Notes under the pieces: model-generated
Told to the model about the DNA's origin: nothing
The model's database searches: none
The model's input: only the letters and a program-made list of their open reading frames with translations
Translations under genes and position numbers: made by a program
Part shown: positions 8,902-18,267 of the stretch, in pieces
Layout of the letters: each line of letters opens with the position of its first letter
How positions within the stretch are numbered: position 1 is the stretch's first letter
Assembly (NCBI GenBank): GCA_965261975.1
Contig: CBDHEC010000024.1
Location: 39,763-103,762, forward strand
Direction: 5' to 3'
From: Alphaproteobacteria bacterium
GTDB taxonomy: Bacteria; Pseudomonadota; Alphaproteobacteria; UBA6615
DNA length: 64,000 nucleotides

Positions 8902-9927
8902 ATGAACGTCCAAAGCCCCCCGGAAAAACTGACGGCCCGCGACTTCGCGACCGACCAGGAAGTTCGCTGGTGCCCTGGTTGTGGCGACTACGCCATCCTC
9001 AAGGGCGTCCAGAACACGCTGGCGCAGCTGGAAGCCGACCCCAAGAACACGGTCTTCGTGTCTGGTATCGGCTGCGCGGCGCGCTTCCCTTATTACATGG
9101 AGACCTATGGTTTCCACACGATCCATGGCCGCTCGCCGGCGGTGGCGTCGGGCGTGAAGCTCGCCAACCCCGAGCTCGATGTCTGGGTCGTGGGCGGCGA
9201 CGGCGACATGCTGTCGATCGGCGGCAACCACACAATGCATGCGATCCGCCGCAACATCGACCTGCAGATCCTGCTCTTCAACAACCAGATCTACGGCTTG
9301 ACCAAGGGTCAGTATTCGCCGACATCCAAGATCGGCACCAAGTCGCCCTCGACCCCGCTCGGATCGATCGACAACCCGGTCTCGGCGGCCCAGTTCGCGC
9401 TCGGCGTGGGCGGCACCTTCATCGCCCGCTCCTCGGACATTCTGCAGAAGCATCTGCCCGAGGTCCTCAAACGTGCTTACAAGCACAAGGGTGCCTCCTT
9501 CGTTGAAATCTTCCAGAACTGCATCGTCTACAACGACGGTGCCTTCAAGCACTTCACCGAGAAGAGCGTTCAGGAAGAAATGCAGATTCATGTGGAGCAT
9601 GGTGAGCCCCTACTCTTCGGCAAGGAGAAGTCGAAAGGCCTGATCCTGAACAAGGAGGAGATGCGCCTTGAGGTGGTCACGCTCGGCGAGAACGGCGTCA
9701 CCCTCGACGATATTGCCATCCATGATGAGACCAACCGCGGCCTCGCCACGATGCTGGCCCAGATGGATCCGCCGAACTATCCGGTCGCACTCGGCGTTCT
9801 CTATGCCGAGCCTGCACCCACCTACGAGACTTCCGTGCACACCCAGATCGAGCAGGCATCAAAAGATGCCGACAAGCCCGATATCAACAAACTGCTGCAG
9901 CGCGGTCAGACCTGGACTGTCGAGTAA
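8902..9927 (+). CDS. korB: 2-oxoglutarate:ferredoxin oxidoreductase subunit beta
   Basis: Start at Met36 of the track ORF (MNVQSPPEKLTARDF), 1 nt after the korA stop. RWCPGCGDYAIL and GGDGD thiamine-diphosphate motifs. Confidence 0.85.
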   Translation: MNVQSPPEKLTARDFATDQEVRWCPGCGDYAILKGVQNTLAQLEADPKNTVFVSGIGCAARFPYYMETYGFHTIHGRSPAVASGVKLANPELDVWVVGGDGDMLSIGGNHTMHAIRRNIDLQILLFNNQIYGLTKGQYSPTSKIGTKSPSTPLGSIDNPVSAAQFALGVGGTFIARSSDILQKHLPEVLKRAYKHKGASFVEIFQNCIVYNDGAFKHFTEKSVQEEMQIHVEHGEPLLFGKEKSKGLILNKEEMRLEVVTLGENGVTLDDIAIHDETNRGLATMLAQMDPPNYPVALGVLYAEPAPTYETSVHTQIEQASKDADKPDINKLLQRGQTWTVE

Positions 9928-9952
9928 ACAGCGACACCGAGCAATAAGCCCG

Positions 9953-9982
9953 CCCGTCGGTCGCAATCCTGCGACCGATGGG
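9953..9982 (+). terminator. GC-rich hairpin downstream of korB
   Basis: CCCGTCGGTCGC-AATCCT-GCGACCGATGGG forms an 11-12 bp stem (one G-U pair) 26 nt after the korB stop. No U-tract follows. Confidence 0.3.
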
Positions 9983-10056
9983 CGCGGCGCCTTGCCCCCA
10001 TCTCCATGACGCACCAGATTGACCCTGCACCGGATGCGGGCAACTGACGCGAGATC

Positions 10057-11112
10057 ATGACCACAACCAGTAACACCGAATTTACCGGCCCCCGCCAACG
10101 CGCCAATGACCTCGCCATTGGCCGGTGGCTGCTGCTCTGCGCCGGGATGGTTCTCGCCATGATCGTCATTGGCGGGATCACGCGGCTAACCGAATCCGGC
10201 CTTTCGATTGTCGACTGGCGTCCGGTCACGGGCTTCCTGCCGCCCCTTTCCGACGACGCCTGGGAGCGGGCCTTCCAGCTCTATCGGACGAGCCCGCAAT
10301 ATCTCGAGATCAACGCCGGCATGACGATGGCGGAGTTCCGCGAAATCTTCTGGTGGGAATATATCCACCGGGCCTGGGGCCGGCTGATCGGACTGGTCTT
10401 CTTCCTGCCCTTTGTCTGGTTCCTGATCCGCGGCCGGGTGCGGAAATCGCTGGTGCCGCGCCTGATCGGGTTGTTCCTGCTCGGCGGCGCGCAGGGGGTG
10501 CTTGGCTGGTACATGGTGCGCAGCGGCCTCGTCGATGTCCCCGAGGTCAGCCAGTACCGGCTCGCCGCACATCTGTCTCTCGCGTTCCTGATCTACGCCG
10601 CGCTCGTCTGGACGGGTCTCTCGCTGATCTACCCCGACCCGGTCACGATTACCGATCGGATGGGCAGGCAAGTCCGGCGCTTGGCGCTGATCGCGCTGGT
10701 GCTGATCGCCGTGACAATCCTGTCGGGTGCGTTCGTCGCCGGCACCGATGCGGGCCTTATCTTCAACAGCTTCCCGCTGATCGAGGGCGCCATCCTGCCG
10801 CCGGACTATTTCAACCACCCCGCCGCGCCGTTCGAGGATCACGGCACGGTCCAGTTTCACCATCGTGTACTGGCGCTCGTCAGCCTCGCCGCCGTGGCAA
10901 CACTCTGGTGGCGCAGCCGCTGGCTGGCGCTGACACCCCGGGCACGCAGGGTCGTGAATGCGCTGATGATCGTTGCATTGCTTCAGGTCGCGCTCGGCAT
11001 CACGACGCTGGTGCTCGTGGTCCCGATCCACGTCGCCGCCTGCCATCAGGCCGGCGCGGTTTTGCTGTTCACGATGATCTTGTGGTTCACCCACGAACTG
11101 CGTGGCCATTAA
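10057..11112 (+). CDS. ctaA: heme A synthase (COX15/CtaA)
   Basis: GGITRLTESGLSIVDWRPVTG motif, multiple TM segments, conserved His pairs (HRAWG, HRVLA). Confidence 0.9.
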   Translation: MTTTSNTEFTGPRQRANDLAIGRWLLLCAGMVLAMIVIGGITRLTESGLSIVDWRPVTGFLPPLSDDAWERAFQLYRTSPQYLEINAGMTMAEFREIFWWEYIHRAWGRLIGLVFFLPFVWFLIRGRVRKSLVPRLIGLFLLGGAQGVLGWYMVRSGLVDVPEVSQYRLAAHLSLAFLIYAALVWTGLSLIYPDPVTITDRMGRQVRRLALIALVLIAVTILSGAFVAGTDAGLIFNSFPLIEGAILPPDYFNHPAAPFEDHGTVQFHHRVLALVSLAAVATLWWRSRWLALTPRARRVVNALMIVALLQVALGITTLVLVVPIHVAACHQAGAVLLFTMILWFTHELRGH

Positions 11113-11142
11113 ACAGCCCGACCGGTTTGACTCAATCGAGGT

Positions 11143-12594
11143 TCAGGCGGTCTCGTTTCGGATCGACTTATAGGCGTCGAGCGCGCGGTTTCGCGCGGCT
11201 GCATGGTCAACCATCGGTTTCGGGTAACTCTCGCCGAGAACCACTCCCGCCACATCCAGCACTTGGCCCGGCGCCATCCAGGGTTTGTGAACCCACTTGT
11301 CGGGTAGATCGGCAAGCTCCGGAACCCAGCGCCGCACATAATTGCCCGAAGGGTCGAACTTCTCGCCCTGGGTGATCGGATTGAAGATCCGGAAAAACGG
11401 CGAAGCGTCCGCCCCCGACCCCGCGACCCACTGCCAGTTGCAGGCGTTGTTTGCCAAATCTGCATCAACGAGCGTGTCCCAGAACCAGGCCTCGCCCGCG
11501 CGCCAGTCGATCATCAGGTCCTTGATCAGGAACGACGCAACGATCATGCGCACCCGGTTGTGCATGAAACCAGTGTACCAGAGTTCCCGTATGCCGGCGT
11601 CGACCAGCGGATAACCCGTCTCGCCGCGTTGCCACACCGCCAGGCCATCCGGGTCATCGCGCCAGGGGAACCGGTCGAAAAATTCGCGCCAGTTCGACGT
11701 CGCGATTCCGGGAAAATGAAACAGCAGGTGATGATTGAAGTCCCGCCATGCGAGCTCGCGCAACAACGCCTCGGCGCCCGCGGCGATTCCACCGCTCCTG
11801 TCCAGGTACGGGGCAGCCGCACGCCACACCCGATGCGGGCTGATCTCGCCGAAATGCAGATGGGGTGAAAGGCGTGAGGTCCCCGGCCGGTCGGGCCTGT
11901 CCCGATCGTTCGGATAGTCGGCCACAGCCTCGTCCAGAAACTCCGTCATTCGATCCAGCGCGGCGCGCTCCCCGACCCGCCAGCTCTCGCGAAGTCCACC
12001 CGCCCAGTCGGACCTGGAGGGCAGCAGCGCCCAATCGGCTATTTCGCCCGCCGCAACACTCCTCGCGGCAGGCAACCTGTCCGGCACATCGGCAATATCC
12101 GGTGCTTGATACAGCTCGCGCAGGCGCCGCCAATAGGGTGTGAACACCTTGTAGGGGCCGCCCTGCCCGGTCTCGATCTCCCAGGGCTCGATCAGCAGGG
12201 AACCATTGAAACTCTCTGCCTCGACCCCCGCTTCGCGCAGCATCGCCTTGACCGCCGTGTCCCGCGCGATCGACCCGGGCTCGTAGCACCGGTTCCAGAC
12301 GACCTCGACCGCGTTCACTTCATCGATGAGCCGGGCCAGTTCCACCGCCGCGGCGCCCCGGCGCAGCACAAGCTGCAATCCACGATCACGCAGGTCGGAC
12401 GACAGCGAGTCGAGACTATGGTGCAGCCACCAGCGCGACGCGCCGCCCAGTTGGCGCATATCCGGGCTGTCCTCGTCCAGAATATAGAGCGGCAGGATCG
12501 GCCGGCCGGACACGACGGCGGCGGCCAGGGCCGGATTATCGGCGAGGCGCAGATCCTGGCGGAACCAGACGATGACGGGGTTTTCGGAAGGCAT
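11143..12594 (-). CDS. phrB: deoxyribodipyrimidine photolyase
   Basis: VWFRQDLRLADNPAL N-terminus and TGYPLVDAGIRELWYTGFMHNRVRMIVASFL FAD-binding region. Confidence 0.9.
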   Translation of the reverse strand: MPSENPVIVWFRQDLRLADNPALAAAVVSGRPILPLYILDEDSPDMRQLGGASRWWLHHSLDSLSSDLRDRGLQLVLRRGAAAVELARLIDEVNAVEVVWNRCYEPGSIARDTAVKAMLREAGVEAESFNGSLLIEPWEIETGQGGPYKVFTPYWRRLRELYQAPDIADVPDRLPAARSVAAGEIADWALLPSRSDWAGGLRESWRVGERAALDRMTEFLDEAVADYPNDRDRPDRPGTSRLSPHLHFGEISPHRVWRAAAPYLDRSGGIAAGAEALLRELAWRDFNHHLLFHFPGIATSNWREFFDRFPWRDDPDGLAVWQRGETGYPLVDAGIRELWYTGFMHNRVRMIVASFLIKDLMIDWRAGEAWFWDTLVDADLANNACNWQWVAGSGADASPFFRIFNPITQGEKFDPSGNYVRRWVPELADLPDKWVHKPWMAPGQVLDVAGVVLGESYPKPMVDHAAARNRALDAYKSIRNETA

Positions 12595-12606
12595 GAACTT
12601 GGTACG

Positions 12607-13359
12607 TCAGGCCGCGCGTTTTGGATCGGGCAGCAGCTGGTCGTGGCGAAAGGAGAACAGCCCCGCCCGGCCGATCAGATAGACCTTGAACCGGGACGCC
12701 AGGAGTCCGGCGATTGCCGGCTCCCGCGCGTTCAACCCCCCGGCATAGGCCCCGAAGGCCGGCAGGATCAGGCGCCGCCCGTCGGTCGCGAAACAGCGCC
12801 CGGAAATCCGGCGGCCCCGCACCCGCACGGCGGCCTTGGGGTGGTAGTGGCCACAGACCTCCGCCACGGGAATCCCGTTCGCATTGTTTTCCGCCACATC
12901 ATGGCAAAGGCGAAGATCGCCGATCCGCAGCTCGTCCACCGCGGTACCACCCAATGCGGCGGGCGGTTCGGGGTCGTGATTTCCCGCAATCCAGATCCAG
13001 TCCTGCTTCTCCACCAGTCGGGAGAGTCGTTGTCGGTCACTCTCGGCCATGCGGGCCTCACCGGCGAGGTCATGCAACGTGTCGCCGAGGCAGATCACAC
13101 GCGCCGGCTGCAGCCGGGCAACGACCCGCTCCAAGCGGGCCAGCGTCTCGGCGGTGTCATAGGGCGGCAGCAGGCCCTGCCCGCGCGCGGCATAGGCCGA
13201 GCCCTTCTCGAAATGCAGGTCGGCCACCAGCAGATCACCGCTGTCGCGCAACCAGACAGCGCCCGAATGATCGAGGACGATAGACTGTCCGCCGAGCTTC
13301 TCTACGACAGCGGTCGTGGGTCTGGTCTTTGTCCCGGGCGGCATTGGTATTTGAATCAC
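12607..13359 (-). CDS. pdeM: ligase-associated DNA damage response metallophosphoesterase PdeM
   Basis: LLVADLHFEKGS, CLGDTLHD and IAGNHDP calcineurin-like motifs. 250 aa. 12 nt upstream of phrB on the same strand. Confidence 0.8.
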   Translation of the reverse strand: MIQIPMPPGTKTRPTTAVVEKLGGQSIVLDHSGAVWLRDSGDLLVADLHFEKGSAYAARGQGLLPPYDTAETLARLERVVARLQPARVICLGDTLHDLAGEARMAESDRQRLSRLVEKQDWIWIAGNHDPEPPAALGGTAVDELRIGDLRLCHDVAENNANGIPVAEVCGHYHPKAAVRVRGRRISGRCFATDGRRLILPAFGAYAGGLNAREPAIAGLLASRFKVYLIGRAGLFSFRHDQLLPDPKRAA

Positions 13360-13445
13360 TCCAGAGAGTGTTGCGGAGCTTCGTTCTCTGGACGCATGCT
13401 AGGGTCGAGACCCGAACACAACATTCATTCGGAAGGCAGTAAAGC

Positions 13446-14210
13446 ATGTGTTGGTACATGATTCGCCGACTATCAAGGTGGTGTGCGCTCGCTTGCACAA
13501 CTTTGATGTTCGCCGTCGTCGCTCCGCACACGCCAACAGCGAAGGCCGAAACCAATCACTACTTCGTCGTGCTCGACGGCACGTGGCTCGCCACCGACTT
13601 CGTCTGGTCCGAGATCGAGACCGTATGGCTCGTCGCAGCAACGATCAAAATCGCAAAAGCCCCACCGCAGAAACTGACCGGACCGGAGATGTTCGCAGCC
13701 TTTTGTGCGGAGATCCTGCGCGCGCGCCCGGGCGCACCAGCCTCGCCCAACAAGGACAACGAAATATTCCGCGTCGACATCAACATCAATGACGCCAATG
13801 GCCGGCCGATCACCAAAGTACCCGCACCCATTTCTGTAAAACAGGGCAAGTGTCAGATCACAGACGGGAACGACAGATTGCTGCCCACCTATCCGGGAAA
13901 GCTACAAGGCTGGCAGCTGGCGAATGGCAATGTCCGGCGAAACGGCGAATCCCACCGCCGGACCATACTTTTTGTGCCGTCCCGGGAGTCTAACGTCAAA
14001 GTCGCCGATTTCGATATGGCGCTAGCGTGCAATGCGACACTGAAAGACCCGACCGTCCAGACGCTGCAGAGCAACTTCGAACAAAGGCTCCGGAACGTTA
14101 CGGTCGAACCGAACATCGTCACGATTTACGCCAAGGAGCGCGCGACGAAGGGCGTGTATGCACAAATGACCTTCGATACGTCAGATGGGACCTGCGTCGA
14201 GTTGAAATAG
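13446..14210 (+). CDS. hypothetical exported protein, no family recognised
   Basis: Signal-peptide-like N-terminus (RRLSRWCALACTTLMFAVVAPHTPTAKA|ET). Visibly lower GC and relaxed third-position bias compared with neighbours. The start could be 13458. Confidence 0.55.
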   Translation: MCWYMIRRLSRWCALACTTLMFAVVAPHTPTAKAETNHYFVVLDGTWLATDFVWSEIETVWLVAATIKIAKAPPQKLTGPEMFAAFCAEILRARPGAPASPNKDNEIFRVDININDANGRPITKVPAPISVKQGKCQITDGNDRLLPTYPGKLQGWQLANGNVRRNGESHRRTILFVPSRESNVKVADFDMALACNATLKDPTVQTLQSNFEQRLRNVTVEPNIVTIYAKERATKGVYAQMTFDTSDGTCVELK

Positions 14211-14235
14211 TCCGACCGCCGGCCTGCTCCGCCAC

Positions 14236-16692
14236 CTAGGCGGCATCGAAACCAAGCTCCTTCGTTCCCACATTCTCCATGGCCTCGGAGATCAGGTCCT
14301 CAGCCTGCTCACCAAGTAGTTCGTCAATCGCCGCGCCATAGACACTCTCGCGGCCGATCTCGAGCAGGATGGGCACGGCCAGCGGCGAGACCCGGTCCAG
14401 GTGGCGGTGGGTGATGCGTCCGCGCACCCGGGCCAGCATGTCCGACAGGCGGCGCACGTCGGTCAGGCCCGAGCCCGCATCCGCGCGGGTCGCACGCAGC
14501 AGGATGTGGTTGGGCTCGTGGGAGCGCAGCACGTCGTAGATCAGGTCCGAGTTGAAGGTCACCTGGCGGCGGGTCTTCTCCTCACCCGGGTGGCGGCGCT
14601 GGATCAGCCCGGCGATCACCGCGACGTTGCGGAAGGTGCGCTTGAGCATGGAGGATTCCGCCATCCACGCCTCCAGGTCGTCGCCCAGCATGTCCTCGTC
14701 GAACAGGGCGTCGAGGTCGGCGGCCTCGCAGGACTTGGTGCTCCACACGCCGATCACATAGTCCGTCGCCACGAAACCGAGCGGCCCCAGCCCGGCCCGC
14801 TCCATGCGCCGGGTCAGCAGCATGCCCAGGGTCTGGTGGGCGTTGCGCCCCTCGAAGCAATAGGCGACCAGGTAATGCTTGTTGGCGCGCGGAAACGTCT
14901 CGACCAGCAGCCCGTCGCGCGATGGCAGCACCGAGCGCCAACGCTGCACATCGAGCCAGTTGGAGACCTGCTCGGGCAAGTCCGCCCAGGTCTTGGGGTC
15001 CGACAGGATCATGCGCACCCGGTCGGCCAGGTGGGTCGACAGCGGGAAGCGGCCGCCCACATAGGCCGGCACCGCCGGGGCATCGCCCTTGCCCGGCCGG
15101 GTGATGACGCTGGTCTCGCGCACCTCGACGAATTCCAGCAGCCGGCCCGAAAAAACGAAGGTATCGCCGGCGGTCAGGTGGTTGACGAAGCTCTCCTCCA
15201 CCTCGCCCAGAACCCGGCCCCGGCCAAGCCGGACCTTGAGCGTCGGCGCTTCGACGATCGTGCCCACGTTCATCCGGTAATCACGCATCGCCGCCTTGGT
15301 CGCGATCTCGTAGGTCCCGTTCGATGTGCGGAACAGCCGCTGAAACTTCTTGTAGCCGCCCAGCGCATAGCCGCCCGTAGCGACGAACTCGAACACGTCG
15401 TCGAAATCCTCGCGTGACAGCTCCATATACGGCCCGGCGGTTCGCACCTGCTCATAAAGTGCTTCGCGGTCGACCGGCCCGGCGCAGGCCGTCCCCAGGA
15501 CGTGCTGGGCCAGCACGTCGAGCCCGCCAGGGCGGGCGGGAAGACCATCGAGGGTATGCGCGCGCACCGCGTCGACCGCCGCGCGGCACTCCAGCACCTC
15601 GAACCGGTTGGCCGGCACCAGCACCGCCCGGCTCGGGCTGTCCAGCCGGTGATTGGAACGCCCCACACGCTGCAACAGCCGCGTCGAGCCCTTGGGTGCC
15701 CCCACCTGGAGCACCAGGTCAACCGCCGCCCAGTCCACCCCCAGGTCGAGCGACGACGTCGCCACGACGGCGTCCAGATCACCCCGCGCCATCGCCGCCT
15801 CGACCTTGCGGCGCTGCTCGGGCGCCAGGCTTCCATGATGCAGCGCGATGCGCAGGTCATCCTCGTTCATCCGCCAGAGCTCCTGGAAGATGATCTCCGC
15901 TTGGGCGCGGGTGTTCACGAAGACGATGGTCGTGCCCGCATCGCGCAGCTGATCATAGATTTCCGGAATGGCATGGGTGCCCATATGCCCCGACCAGGGC
16001 ATCTCGACGGCGCTCTCCAGCACCTCGATCCGCGGTTCCGCACCGCTTTCGCCCAGGACCAGCGACACGTCGTCGACGTCACGGGTCGGCGACAGCCAAC
16101 GCCGCAGCCGGTCGGGTTCCGCCACCGTCGCGCTCAGGCCGACCCGGCGCGCGTTGGGGGCCAAGTCCGTCAGGCGGGACAGGCCCAGCGCCAGAAGATC
16201 GCCGCGCTTGTTATCCTCCAGCGCATGTAGTTCATCGACGATCACGCAACGCAGGTTCGCAAAAATTTCCGGTGCGTCCTCGTAGGACAGCAGCAGGGCC
16301 AGGCTTTCGGGCGTGGTCATCAGCATCTGCGGCGGCGTTCGGCGCTGGCGCTGGCGTTTCGACTGCGGGGTATCGCCGGTGCGGGTCTCGGCCCGGATCG
16401 GAAGGTTCATTTCCGCGATGGGCAGCTCGAGATTGCGGTGGATGTCCACGGCCAGCGCCTTCAGCGGCGAGATATACAGCGTGTGCAGGCCGTCGGGCGG
16501 CGGATCGGCGGTGATCAGGTCGACCAGGCTCGGCAGGAAGCCGGCGAGGGTCTTGCCGCCGCCGGTGGGCGCGATCAGCAGCGCCGAGCACCCGGCTGCC
16601 GCGGCGTCGAGCATCGCCAGCTGGTGGGGGTGCGGCGCCCAGCCGCGGGCGGCGAACCAGTCGGCGAGCGCGGGCGGCAGCTTGTTACACAT
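14236..16692 (-). CDS. ligase-associated DNA damage response DEXH-box helicase (Lhr-like)
   Basis: 818 aa. Walker A APTGGGKT, DEXH box VIVDELHAL, helicase C-terminal motifs (VATSSLDLGVD, QRVGRSNH). Confidence 0.85.
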   Translation of the reverse strand: MCNKLPPALADWFAARGWAPHPHQLAMLDAAAAGCSALLIAPTGGGKTLAGFLPSLVDLITADPPPDGLHTLYISPLKALAVDIHRNLELPIAEMNLPIRAETRTGDTPQSKRQRQRRTPPQMLMTTPESLALLLSYEDAPEIFANLRCVIVDELHALEDNKRGDLLALGLSRLTDLAPNARRVGLSATVAEPDRLRRWLSPTRDVDDVSLVLGESGAEPRIEVLESAVEMPWSGHMGTHAIPEIYDQLRDAGTTIVFVNTRAQAEIIFQELWRMNEDDLRIALHHGSLAPEQRRKVEAAMARGDLDAVVATSSLDLGVDWAAVDLVLQVGAPKGSTRLLQRVGRSNHRLDSPSRAVLVPANRFEVLECRAAVDAVRAHTLDGLPARPGGLDVLAQHVLGTACAGPVDREALYEQVRTAGPYMELSREDFDDVFEFVATGGYALGGYKKFQRLFRTSNGTYEIATKAAMRDYRMNVGTIVEAPTLKVRLGRGRVLGEVEESFVNHLTAGDTFVFSGRLLEFVEVRETSVITRPGKGDAPAVPAYVGGRFPLSTHLADRVRMILSDPKTWADLPEQVSNWLDVQRWRSVLPSRDGLLVETFPRANKHYLVAYCFEGRNAHQTLGMLLTRRMERAGLGPLGFVATDYVIGVWSTKSCEAADLDALFDEDMLGDDLEAWMAESSMLKRTFRNVAVIAGLIQRRHPGEEKTRRQVTFNSDLIYDVLRSHEPNHILLRATRADAGSGLTDVRRLSDMLARVRGRITHRHLDRVSPLAVPILLEIGRESVYGAAIDELLGEQAEDLISEAMENVGTKELGFDAA

Positions 16693-16725
16693 GAGTCAGC
16701 CCGGAATCGCCGTGTCGCATCCGTC

Positions 16726-17133
16726 TCAGCCGAACGCCCGGCGCAGATCCGCACAGCGCGCGTCCAGCGCGTCGCCCCCGTAGGCCTCGGCCGGGACCAC
16801 GCCCCAGATCGAGTTCGGCCATGCCGCGTCGGTCGTAAAGCGCGCGACCACATGGATATGCAGCTGGGGCACCATGTTGCCCAGCGCCGCGACGTTGACC
16901 TTGTCGGGCGCGAACAGATCCACAAGCGCCTCGCTGGCCCGGCTGATCTCGCGGCCCGCCGTGACCATGTCGTCGGGCGAGAGGTCATGGAAATCGCGCA
17001 GATCAGGGCGCGCGGGTACCAGCACCAGCCAGGGATAGTTGGCGTCGTTGAGCAACAGCACCTCGCATAGCGGCCAAGTTGCGACGGGGACGGTATCGGC
17101 GGCAAGCTGGGGGTGGAGTTCGAAGTCGGGCAT
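16726..17133 (-). CDS. HIT (histidine triad) family protein
   Basis: 135 aa with NMVPQLHIHVVAR (HxHxHxx triad). Confidence 0.8.
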   Translation of the reverse strand: MPDFELHPQLAADTVPVATWPLCEVLLLNDANYPWLVLVPARPDLRDFHDLSPDDMVTAGREISRASEALVDLFAPDKVNVAALGNMVPQLHIHVVARFTTDAAWPNSIWGVVPAEAYGGDALDARCADLRRAFG

Positions 17134-17140
17134 GACACGC

Positions 17141-17155
17141 GTTCTTTTCGGGTTC
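17141..17155 (-). promoter_or_regulatory. candidate alphaproteobacterial LexA (SOS) box
   Basis: GTTC-TTTTCGG-GTTC, which reads GAAC-N7-GAAC on the HIT/helicase strand. It lies 8 nt upstream of the HIT start codon in the HIT-qor divergent intergenic region. Confidence 0.4.
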
Positions 17156-17257
17156 GGGGCTCGACAGTCTAGCGCGATCCGCTTGCCGCCTCACCCGGCT
17201 AGTGCAGACGGGCCGCCTGGTGCAAACTCGAACGGCCAAATCGAAGAGAGAAACGTC

Positions 17258-18253
17258 ATGAAAGCCGCCTGGTATGAAGAACTCGGCCCCGCCCGTGAGG
17301 TCCTGACGTTCGGTGAGATGGACTCCCCCGATCCGGGCCCCGGCGAGGTGCGCGTAAAGCTCCACGCGTCGGGCGTGAACCCGGCCGACGTGAAGCGCCG
17401 GGGGCTGGGCACCTACGGGATGGAGCATCCGCGCATCATCCCCAACAGCGACGGCGCGGGGGTCATCGACGCGCTGGGCGACGGGGTGACGGGCCTGGCG
17501 GCCGGACAGCGCGTCTGGCTGTTCAACGGCCAGCGGCAGGGCCGCGCGTTCGGCACTGCGGCGGAATACATCACCCTCGCGTCGTGGCTTGTGGCCCCGC
17601 TGCCCGACGGTCTCAGCTTCGACGAAGGGGCATGCCTGGGCATCCCCTGCATGACCGGCCATCACAATGTGTTCTCCGACGGGCCGGTTGCCGGCAAGAC
17701 GGTCCTGGTCACCGGCGGCGCGGGCGCGGTCGGCCACTACGCCGTGCAATGGGCGAACTGGGGTGGCGCGACGGTGATTGCAACGGTCAGCTCGGACGCG
17801 AAGGCCGCTCACGCGATCGCCGGCGGCGCGCATCACACGATCAATTATCGCGACCCCGGCGCGGCCGACCAGATCCTGGAACTGACGGACGGCAACGGTG
17901 TTGGCCGAATTGTCGAGGTCGATCTGGCCGCAAATCTCGATCTGACGTCCAAAGTCCTTGCCACCGGCGGCACGATCTCGGTCTACGCCACCACGGGCGA
18001 TCCGAAGAATCTCATGCTGCGCATGGCGCTGCGCAACGCGATCATCCGGTTCATGGTCCTCCACAGCGTACCGCGCACGGCAATCGATGCCGCGCGCGCC
18101 GACATCGTCAAATGGCTGGCCGAGGGGCACGGGCTGCATACGATCGCCCGGACCTTCCCGCTGGACCAATGCGTGGCGGCCCATGAGTTCGTGGAATCGG
18201 GCGACAAGCTGGGTACGGTGGTTGTCAGGCCCGCCGAATGGAACAGAAGCTGA
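17258..18253 (+). CDS. qor: NADPH:quinone oxidoreductase (zeta-crystallin / MDR family)
   Basis: Start at Met74 of the track ORF (MKAAWYEELGP...). VKLHASGVNPADVKRR and VTGGAGAVGHYAVQWA motifs. Confidence 0.85.
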   Translation: MKAAWYEELGPAREVLTFGEMDSPDPGPGEVRVKLHASGVNPADVKRRGLGTYGMEHPRIIPNSDGAGVIDALGDGVTGLAAGQRVWLFNGQRQGRAFGTAAEYITLASWLVAPLPDGLSFDEGACLGIPCMTGHHNVFSDGPVAGKTVLVTGGAGAVGHYAVQWANWGGATVIATVSSDAKAAHAIAGGAHHTINYRDPGAADQILELTDGNGVGRIVEVDLAANLDLTSKVLATGGTISVYATTGDPKNLMLRMALRNAIIRFMVLHSVPRTAIDAARADIVKWLAEGHGLHTIARTFPLDQCVAAHEFVESGDKLGTVVVRPAEWNRS

Positions 18254-18267
18254 GCAAGGAACATGGT

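Noticed and set aside
13361-13391. Inverted repeat CCAGAGA-N17-TCTCTGG and partial GTTC/GAAC words upstream of pdeM, considered as a LexA site.
   Set aside because: No GTTC-N7-GTTC or GAAC-N7-GAAC arrangement is present there, only single half-sites. The hairpin has a long loop and no supporting context.
17003-18184. 393-aa minus-strand ORF opposite the quinone oxidoreductase gene; also 16575-17138 opposite/overlapping the HIT gene.
   Set aside because: No motifs and a composition typical of antisense frames. The opposing frames carry clear MDR and HIT signatures.
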